Source of the DNA: Acidimicrobiales bacterium | GTDB taxonomy: Bacteria; Actinomycetota; Acidimicrobiia; Acidimicrobiales; RAAP-2 | Assembly (NCBI GenBank): GCA_052148295.1 | Contig: JBKQIP010000174.1 | Span: 16,256-80,255, forward strand | Length of the DNA stretch: 64,000 nucleotides | Reading direction: 5' to 3' | In this document: positions 17,912-24,783 of the stretch, piece after piece | Layout: each line of letters opens with the position of its first letter | Position numbering within the stretch: the first letter of the stretch is position 1 | Position numbers and translations under genes: made by a program | The notes under the pieces: generated by a model | What the model was told of the DNA's origin: nothing | Database searches by the model: none | Seen by the model: the letters and a program-made list of their open reading frames with translations, nothing else

Positions 17912-18925
17912 ATGCGACACCGTCACCCGACACCCCGGCGGCTCTCGCCCAGGACGATCACCGTCGTGCTGATCGGCACCGCGCTGGGCCTGGCCGGCTG
18001 CGGTACCGCTCCCGACGCGTCACGCCTCCCTCCGGCGGCGGTGCGGATGGCACCGCTCCTGCCCGCCTTTGCCGAGATCGTCCACCCCTCACCGCCCCCA
18101 CCGGCTCCGCCAGGTTGCACCGACCCGACGGCGAGCTCTGCACCTCCGGCCACCATGCCCGCCCCGGGCGACATGCCGGCCGGAAGCTGGATGTCCCACA
18201 TCCTCGCCCGGGGTTACCTGATCGTCGGGACCGGCCAGTCCACCTACGACTGGGGCTACCGGGACCCGGTCACGGGCCAGCTGAGCGGGTTCGACATCGA
18301 CATGCTGCGCCAGGTCAGCCAGGCGATCTTCGGCTCGCCGGACCGGATCCGCTTCGTGGTCGTCAACAACGACCAGCGGGTCCAGGCGGTACGGTCGGGC
18401 CAGGTCGACATCCTGGCCGAGACCATGACCATCAACTGCGCGCGTGAGAAGTACGTCGACTTCTCGACGGTCTACTTCGAGGCCGGTCAGGAGATCCTGG
18501 TGCCGACCGACTCGACCATCAGCGGCCCGTCCGACCTCAACGGAAAGCGCGTGTGCGCCACCTTCGGATCGACCTCCCTGCAGAACCTGGTCAAGGTGGC
18601 ACCCCGAGCCATTCTCTGGGCGGTTCAGAACGAGACCGACTGCCTTGTGATGCTCCAGCAGGGCCAGGTCGATGCCATCAGCACCGACAACGCGATCCTG
18701 CAGGGGCTGGCCGCCCAGGATCCCAACACCAAGATCGTGGGACCGCCCTTCACCTCCGAGCCCTACGGCATGGCCATCAGCAAGGCCCACCCCGAATTCA
18801 CGTCGTTCGTGAACGGCGTGTTGGCCCAAGAGCGGGCCGACGGCACCTGGGCCGCCATCTACGAGAAATGGCTGGGTCCCAACCCGCCGGCTCCGCCGGT
18901 GGCCACCTACACGGAGGCACCATGA
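17912..18925 (+). CDS. glnH: GlnH-like periplasmic amino-acid (Asp/Glu/Gln)-binding lipoprotein, SBP family 3
   Basis: Lipobox LGLAGCG. Blocks YDWGYRDPVTGQLSGFDIDMLR, ETMTINCAREKYVDFSTVYFEAGQ, GKRVCATFGSTS and DAISTDNAILQGLAAQDP closely resemble mycobacterial GlnH as I remember it. Confidence 0.85.
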   Translation: MRHRHPTPRRLSPRTITVVLIGTALGLAGCGTAPDASRLPPAAVRMAPLLPAFAEIVHPSPPPPAPPGCTDPTASSAPPATMPAPGDMPAGSWMSHILARGYLIVGTGQSTYDWGYRDPVTGQLSGFDIDMLRQVSQAIFGSPDRIRFVVVNNDQRVQAVRSGQVDILAETMTINCAREKYVDFSTVYFEAGQEILVPTDSTISGPSDLNGKRVCATFGSTSLQNLVKVAPRAILWAVQNETDCLVMLQQGQVDAISTDNAILQGLAAQDPNTKIVGPPFTSEPYGMAISKAHPEFTSFVNGVLAQERADGTWAAIYEKWLGPNPPAPPVATYTEAP

Positions 18926-20130
18926 GCACCCCGTCGCTCGACGCCATCGACCGGCGCCTCGCGAAGGTGGACACGATCGTGCAGCACATGGGGGAGAACC
19001 TGGTCGAACTCGACGCCGACGTCACCCGCCAGATGCTCGGAGCCTCCCCGAGCCTCACGGGACGGACAGCCGAGGCCTGGCGGCTGGCCGACGCGCAGCT
19101 GGCCGATCTCTGGCGCGGCCACGTCGCGCTGAAGGATCTCCTCGAGGCGATCGCCCATGAGCGCGGCACCAGGTCGTCCGTCCCCAGGGCCGCCCTCGGT
19201 CGCGTGGCCGCCCTGCTGGACGGGCCGTCGGTCTCACTGCCCAGCCCCGACCCGACCGGGCACCGCACCCTGACCGAGGGGGCGGACCCAACGGTCCCGT
19301 GCACGATCGACGAGCTGATCGACCAGATGTCCGCCGGCTACGACTCGGTGGTGGCGCTGGTCACGGCCGTGGGGTCGGTCTGGACCGAGACGGTGCCGGA
19401 GCTCACGGCGCTCGAGGCGCAGGTCGACCGGCTCGAGGCCACGGTCCGCGAGACCGGGTGCCGCCCGCCGAACGACCTGGCCGCCGCCCGGCGGGCCCTG
19501 GCGGAGGCCCAGGCGACGGCCCGCCATGACCCTCTCTCCCTCCCCGCCGGACTCGCACCGTCCATCACCGTCACGGTGGACCGGGCCACGGCATCGATCC
19601 GGGACGCCGCCGCGGCGAACCGGCAGCTGGCCGCCGAGAGAGCCGATCTCTCCTCGGCGCTCGACGACGGCGATGCCCGCCTGCGCCGTGCCCGCGCCGA
19701 ATGTCGGGCCATCGTCGAGAGGATCGTGCTGCCCCACACGGTCTGGGAGGATCTCGACCGGGCCGAAGCCGAGCTCGTCGGGCTGCACGCCGAGTTCGCC
19801 GCCCTGACCGCAACCGCCGGCGACGGGGCGGCGGCGCGTCGGTCGGTGGCCGCGCTGGCGCGGCGCACCGACCGCCTCAGTCGACACCTGGCGCGGCTCG
19901 AGGATTGTGGCGCCACCGACCTGGCCAAGCGCGACGAGCTGCGGGGCCGTCTCGACGCCTACCGGGCCAAGGCTCGGGCCATCGGCCTGGGTGAGGACAT
20001 CGAGCTCGACCGTCGCCAACGCGAGGCCGACGAGCTCCTCTACAGCGCACCGTGCGACGTTCGGCGGGCCGAGGATCTCGTATCCCAGTTCGAGCGCGCC
20101 GTCCGGGCCGGTGACGAGGGGGCGCGGTGA
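18922..20130 (+). CDS. Hypothetical all-helical (coiled-coil-like) cytoplasmic protein, 402 aa
   Basis: This is the in-frame part of track ORF 18553..20130, from ATG 18922. ATGA overlaps the glnH stop and GTGA overlaps the pknG start. It is Ala/Leu/Arg/Glu/Asp-rich with heptad-like stretches (LTALEAQVDRLEATVRE, ELRGRLDAYRAKARAIGL). No TM segment or recognisable enzymatic motif is present. Confidence 0.7.
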   Translation: MSTPSLDAIDRRLAKVDTIVQHMGENLVELDADVTRQMLGASPSLTGRTAEAWRLADAQLADLWRGHVALKDLLEAIAHERGTRSSVPRAALGRVAALLDGPSVSLPSPDPTGHRTLTEGADPTVPCTIDELIDQMSAGYDSVVALVTAVGSVWTETVPELTALEAQVDRLEATVRETGCRPPNDLAAARRALAEAQATARHDPLSLPAGLAPSITVTVDRATASIRDAAAANRQLAAERADLSSALDDGDARLRRARAECRAIVERIVLPHTVWEDLDRAEAELVGLHAEFAALTATAGDGAAARRSVAALARRTDRLSRHLARLEDCGATDLAKRDELRGRLDAYRAKARAIGLGEDIELDRRQREADELLYSAPCDVRRAEDLVSQFERAVRAGDEGAR

Positions 20131-22517
20131 CGGCGACCTGCGAGCGACCCGCGTGCACCGGTCAGATGGTGGACGGGTACTGCGACGTCTGCGGCCTGGC
20201 CCCCGCGGATCCCTCTCGGCGTACGACGGGGCTGGGCCGACCGCCGTCGCCGGTGACCAGGGGCAGCGACCCCCAGCCGTGCGGCCGACCCGGATGCGAC
20301 GGGAAGATCGAGGACGGGTACTGCGATGTCTGCGGCCTGGCCCCTTCGGGTCCGTCCTCGCGCACGGCGGGGCTGGGCGCGGGGCCGACCGCGGGGACCA
20401 GCGGCTCCGCCTCGTCCCTGGGCACGGCGACCTTCCGGTCGGGTACCGGCACGGCCACGGGGCAGCACACCGGTGCCGGCTCGCGCCGCGACCGGGGCCA
20501 CCTCGGTGCCGGTCTCGTCGAGATACCCGCCGTCCCCTCCCGCGACCCGCTGTCCGTGGTGCTGGCCGACCCCGAGGTCCCCGAGCGCAAGCGCACCTGC
20601 GCCCGCTGCGGGCATCCGGTCGGGCGGAACCACGAGGGTCGGCTCGCCCGCACCGAGGGCTTCTGCCCGCACTGCGGTGCGGCCTACTCGTTCACGCCCA
20701 AGCTCAGGCCCGGCGACGTCGTGGGCGGCCAGTACCAGGTGACGGGATGCATCGCCCATGGCGGCCTGGGCTGGATCTACCTGGCCCAAGACTTGAATCT
20801 GGACGGCAAGTGGGTGGTGCTCAAGGGCCTGCTCGACTCCAACGACGAGTCGGCGAAGGCGGCGGCGATCGCCGAACGCCGCTTCTTGATCGAGGTCGAT
20901 CATCCCGACATCGTCAAGATCTACAACTTCGTCCAGCACGAGGACGCCGGCTACATCGTGATGGAGTACGTCGGCGGGGCATCCCTGCGGGAGGTGCGCA
21001 ACCGTTGCCGGGACGAGACCGGCGCTCCCCTGCCGGTGGCGCAGGCCATTGCCTACGCGCTCGAGATCCTTCCCGCCTTCGGATATCTGCACCGCCGCGG
21101 GTTGCTCTATTGCGACTTCAAGCCGGACAACGTGATCCAGACCCACGAGCAACTCAAGCTCATCGACCTGGGGGGCGTCCGCGCCATCGGCGACGAGGAC
21201 AGCGATCTCTACGGCACCGTCGGCTACCAGGCACCCGAGGTACCCGAGGACGGGGCATCGATCTCGTCCGACCTCTACACCGTGGCCCGGACCCTGGCGG
21301 TGCTCAGCCTCGATCTCCCCGGCTTCCAGGACGAGAAGCGCTTCGCCACCAGCCTGCCACCGGCGCGTGAGGTCCCCCTGTTCGGCCGCTACGAGTCGTT
21401 TCACCGGTTCCTCAAGAAGGCCACTGCCGCCGATCCGGCCGCCCGCTTCCAGACGGCGGCCGAGATGGCCGACCAGCTGCTCGGCGTGCTGCGGGAGGTC
21501 GTCGCCCTCGACGGCGGCCAGCCGGCGCCCGCGCCGAGCGCCCACTTCAGCGCCGAACTCGGCCCGGCCACCGACGCCGGCGCCTGGCCGGACCTGCCCG
21601 TTCCCTCCGTCGACCCCTTCGACCCGGCCGCCGGGCTGTTGGCCACAGCGGCGCTCTCCAGCCCTGACCAGGTCCGGTCCATCCTCGAATCGGCTCCCCC
21701 CTCGCCAGAGCTGGCCTACCACTTGGCCCGCTCCCTCATCGAGGAGGGGGACTTCGCCGGGGCCGAGCGCCAGCTCGAGACGCCCGAAGCCGGCATGTCC
21801 GCCTGGCGCGTGGCCTGGTGGCGGGGTGTGCTGCACCTGGCCGCCGACCGACCCCGCGTGGCCCAGACCTTCTTTGCCGTGGTGGCGGGCGAGCTCCCGG
21901 GGGAACTGGCGCCGAAGCTGGCCCTGGCGCTCGCTCTCGAGAACGCGGCGGACCGCTCCGGTTCGTCGCCCCCCGGCGGGAGCACGGTCCCCACCGGTGC
22001 CGACGACGTGGACGAGGCGGCCCGCCTCTACGACCTCGTCGCCGCCACCGACCCGGGGTTCGCCAGCGCGAGCTTCGGACTGTGCCGGGTGCGGCTGTCC
22101 CGCCGGGACCGCGACGGCGCGGCGGCGGCACTGGCGCGCATCGCCGCCTCCTCCGGGGCCCACCAGGCGGCGCAGACCGCCCTGTGCCGCCTGCGCTGTG
22201 CGGATATGGGCGGCGTGCCGCCGGGCCTGAGCGACCTCGCCTCGGCCGCCGCGGTCCTCGAGCACCTGAAGGTCGAGCCCTCGCTGCGCCTCCCATTGCT
22301 GCGCGATCTGCTGGGTCAGGCCCTCCGTGTGCTCACCGATGGGCGGGCCGCCCCGGACGAGCACACGGTTCTCGTCGGCACACCCTTCACCGAGGTCGAC
22401 GTCCGGGCGGCCCTCGAGCGGACGTACCGGTCGCTGGCCAAGCTGGCCGGGACCGACGGCGAGCGCTTCGAGCTGGTCGACCTGGCCAACGCCCATCGCC
22501 CGCGGACCCTGACATGA
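20127..22517 (+). CDS. pknG: Ser/Thr protein kinase PknG (two extra N-terminal Zn-ribbons, rubredoxin-like CxxCG pair, kinase domain, TPR domain)
   Basis: Rubredoxin motif: CARCGHPV...CPHCGAAYSF. Kinase blocks: GGQYQVTGCIAHGGLGWIYLAQD, VVLKGLL, AERRFLIEVDHPDIVKIYNF, GYIVMEYVGG, LLYCDFKPDNVI and LIDLGGV (the DLG variant typical of PknG). TPR block: WRVAWWRGVLHL...FPGELAPKLALALALE...ASASFGLCRVRL. Confidence 0.9.
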   Translation: MTATCERPACTGQMVDGYCDVCGLAPADPSRRTTGLGRPPSPVTRGSDPQPCGRPGCDGKIEDGYCDVCGLAPSGPSSRTAGLGAGPTAGTSGSASSLGTATFRSGTGTATGQHTGAGSRRDRGHLGAGLVEIPAVPSRDPLSVVLADPEVPERKRTCARCGHPVGRNHEGRLARTEGFCPHCGAAYSFTPKLRPGDVVGGQYQVTGCIAHGGLGWIYLAQDLNLDGKWVVLKGLLDSNDESAKAAAIAERRFLIEVDHPDIVKIYNFVQHEDAGYIVMEYVGGASLREVRNRCRDETGAPLPVAQAIAYALEILPAFGYLHRRGLLYCDFKPDNVIQTHEQLKLIDLGGVRAIGDEDSDLYGTVGYQAPEVPEDGASISSDLYTVARTLAVLSLDLPGFQDEKRFATSLPPAREVPLFGRYESFHRFLKKATAADPAARFQTAAEMADQLLGVLREVVALDGGQPAPAPSAHFSAELGPATDAGAWPDLPVPSVDPFDPAAGLLATAALSSPDQVRSILESAPPSPELAYHLARSLIEEGDFAGAERQLETPEAGMSAWRVAWWRGVLHLAADRPRVAQTFFAVVAGELPGELAPKLALALALENAADRSGSSPPGGSTVPTGADDVDEAARLYDLVAATDPGFASASFGLCRVRLSRRDRDGAAAALARIAASSGAHQAAQTALCRLRCADMGGVPPGLSDLASAAAVLEHLKVEPSLRLPLLRDLLGQALRVLTDGRAAPDEHTVLVGTPFTEVDVRAALERTYRSLAKLAGTDGERFELVDLANAHRPRTLT
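20171..20354 (+). repeat. Intragenic direct repeat: two 33-nt copies (20171-20203 and 20322-20354, 1 mismatch) encoding the duplicated DGYCDVCGLAP zinc-ribbon knuckle
   Basis: Read directly: ggacgggtactgcgaCgtctgcggcctggcccc versus ggacgggtactgcgaTgtctgcggcctggcccc, 151 nt apart. The two protein repeats are C-x4-C-x9-C-x2-C modules (CERPACTGQMVDGYCDVCG and CGRPGCDGKIEDGYCDVCG). Confidence 0.9.
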
Positions 22518-23506
22518 GCACGACCGAACCGGGCGGGGCGGAGATGGCGCAGGAGGACTGCGCCGGCTGCGGTGCGCCCATGTTCGAGCAGGAGCGCTTC
22601 TGTGAGGTCTGCGGGGCGCGGGTGGGTCCCGAGCCCGAGCCGGAGCCCGATCCCCCCCGGCCCACTGCGCCGATGCAGCGGGTGGAGCAGGACCTCGGCG
22701 TGGTGGCCGCCGTGTCGGACCGCGGCCGGCGTCGGCCGCGCAATGAGGACGCCATGGCCCTGGCCACCTTCGAGGGTCGCAGCGCGGTGGTGGTGTGCGA
22801 CGGGGTGGCGTCGACCGCCAATGCCCACGAGGCCTCCCGGGTCGCGGTGGAGATGGCGATCCGGGTGCTCGAGGCGGCGCTGCGCCACCCTCCGTCCGAC
22901 CCCGAAGCCTGGGACCGACTCTTCGTCGAGGCGTGCGCCGAAGCACAGATCGCGGTGGCCGACGTGGATGCCGAAGGGAGCGGCCTCGCGCCCTCGACGA
23001 CCCTCGTCGCCGTGATGGCCACGCCGGGCCTCATCGCGGTGGCCAACATCGGCGACAGCCGCGCCTACCTGCTCGACGGCACACCCGAGGGGGGACGATG
23101 CCTCACCGTCGACGACACCTGGGCCGAGGAGATGATCGCGGACGGAGATCCACCGGAGCTGGCGTACGCCGACCCCGACGCGCGCACGATCACCCGGTGG
23201 GTGGGGGCGGACGCGGCATCGGTGCGGCCCGCGGTGACCGTGAGCGCGGTCGACCGGCCCGGCGTGGTCGTCGTGTGCACCGACGGCCTGTGGGACTACT
23301 TCGACCGGCCGTCGGCCCTGGCCGCGCTGGCGGAAGAGCCGGCCGGCTCGGCGCCGCTGGCCCTCGCCCGGCGCCTGGTCGAAGCGGCGCTGGCGGCCGG
23401 CGGCCGGGACAACGTGACGGTCGCCGTGGTGCCGGTGGCACCGGCGGTTGCGGGCGCCACACCGGGATCCGCGGTACCGACCATCGAAACGACGAGCGAG
23501 GAGTGA
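22514..23506 (+). CDS. PP2C-family Ser/Thr phosphatase with N-terminal zinc ribbon
   Basis: ATG 22514 overlaps the pknG stop (ATGA). Zn ribbon: CAGCGAPMFEQERFCEVCGARV. PP2C motifs: RRRPRNEDA, VVCDGVAS, IGDSRAYL, CTDGLWD and GGRDNVTVAVV. Confidence 0.9.
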   Translation: MSTTEPGGAEMAQEDCAGCGAPMFEQERFCEVCGARVGPEPEPEPDPPRPTAPMQRVEQDLGVVAAVSDRGRRRPRNEDAMALATFEGRSAVVVCDGVASTANAHEASRVAVEMAIRVLEAALRHPPSDPEAWDRLFVEACAEAQIAVADVDAEGSGLAPSTTLVAVMATPGLIAVANIGDSRAYLLDGTPEGGRCLTVDDTWAEEMIADGDPPELAYADPDARTITRWVGADAASVRPAVTVSAVDRPGVVVVCTDGLWDYFDRPSALAALAEEPAGSAPLALARRLVEAALAAGGRDNVTVAVVPVAPAVAGATPGSAVPTIETTSEE

Positions 23507-23511
23507 GCACC

Positions 23512-24783
23512 ATGCCCGAGTTCCGCATCGAAGCGTTCCAGAACGAGTTCCTCCCCGATGGGGCCCGCGTGATGAACGCCGTGGTCACGGTGACCGCCGA
23601 GGGGACCGCCAACGGTGCCGGCGCGGCCGGGCCGGCGGCCGACCGGGCCGAGGTGATAGTGCTCGACACGTCCGGTTCGATGGATGGGAAGAAGCTCCGC
23701 GAGGCCAAGGCGGCCACGGCGGCTGCCATCGACTGCCTCCCCGACGGCGTCCGCTTCGCCATCGTCCAAGGCAATCACCAGGCGGACCTGGTGTACCCGA
23801 CCTCGGCACGGCTGGCCGTCTCCTCGCCCACCGCCCGCGACGCGGCGAAGAGGTCGACCAAGAAGCTCGCCGCCGGCGGTGGTACCGCGTTCGGAACCTG
23901 GATCCGCCTCACCGCCCAGCTCCTCGACGACGAGCCGGGCCTCCGACACGCCATCCTGCTCACCGACGGCAAGAACGAGAGCGAGGCCCCCGGAGGCCTC
24001 GAGGACGCGTTGGTCCAGGCCGAAGGGGTCTTCCAGTGCGACTGCCGGGGGGTGGGCAGTGACTGGCAGGTGGCCGATCTGCGCCAGATCGCCACCGCCC
24101 TCCTCGGGACCTACGACATCGTCGCCGATGCGTCCGGGCTCAGCGCGGACTTCGCCGCCATGATGCACGACGCCCTCAGCAAGGAGGTCGCCGAGGTCAC
24201 GCTGCGAGTCTGGGCGCCCCAGGGTGCCGCGGTGGAGCTGGTCAAGCAAATGGCACCGGTCATGATCGATCTGGCCCCGTTGCGCGCCGAGGCGGGGCCG
24301 TTGGTCGTCGACTACGCCACCGGCTCGTGGGGTGACGAGTCCCGCGACTACTACGTGAGTGTGCGGGTGCCCCCGGGGCAGGTCGGCGACGAGATGCTGG
24401 CGGCGCGGCTCACCCTCCTGGTCGGCGGTGAGCCAGCGGGACAGGCCCTCATCAGGGCCGTGTGGACCGACGACACCGCCAAATCGACCCAGATCAACGG
24501 GCGGGTGGCCGAGGCCATGGGCGAGAAGGAGCTGGCCGACGCCATACAGGGAGGGGTCGACGCCCTGCGTGACGGCGACACCGACACGGCGACGAGCCGC
24601 TTCGGCCTGGCCAGGCGACTGGCTGCCGGGACCGGGAACGACGACGCCCTGGCCCGCCTGGACGCGGTGGTGGTGGAGGCGGACCCGCTGACCGGTCGAG
24701 TGCGGCTCAAGGGAACGGTCGACGACATGGACGTGATGATCCTCGAGGCCAAGTCGACGCGCACGGTGCGGACACGCAAATGA
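23512..24783 (+). CDS. von Willebrand factor A (vWA) domain protein with an uncharacterised ~230-aa C-terminal region
   Basis: ATG 23512 lies 5 nt after the PP2C stop. MIDAS motifs are VLDTSGSMDG, AGGGTAFG and LLTDGKNE. The C-terminal half has no motif I recognise. Confidence 0.85.
   Translation: MPEFRIEAFQNEFLPDGARVMNAVVTVTAEGTANGAGAAGPAADRAEVIVLDTSGSMDGKKLREAKAATAAAIDCLPDGVRFAIVQGNHQADLVYPTSARLAVSSPTARDAAKRSTKKLAAGGGTAFGTWIRLTAQLLDDEPGLRHAILLTDGKNESEAPGGLEDALVQAEGVFQCDCRGVGSDWQVADLRQIATALLGTYDIVADASGLSADFAAMMHDALSKEVAEVTLRVWAPQGAAVELVKQMAPVMIDLAPLRAEAGPLVVDYATGSWGDESRDYYVSVRVPPGQVGDEMLAARLTLLVGGEPAGQALIRAVWTDDTAKSTQINGRVAEAMGEKELADAIQGGVDALRDGDTDTATSRFGLARRLAAGTGNDDALARLDAVVVEADPLTGRVRLKGTVDDMDVMILEAKSTRTVRTRK

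Noticed and set aside
20040-22946. 968-aa minus-strand ORF, the longest in the window
   Set aside because: It is antisense to pknG and the PP2C gene. Its composition is extreme in Arg/Pro/Gly/Ala and it has no domain signature. The plus-strand products match PknG and PP2C block by block.
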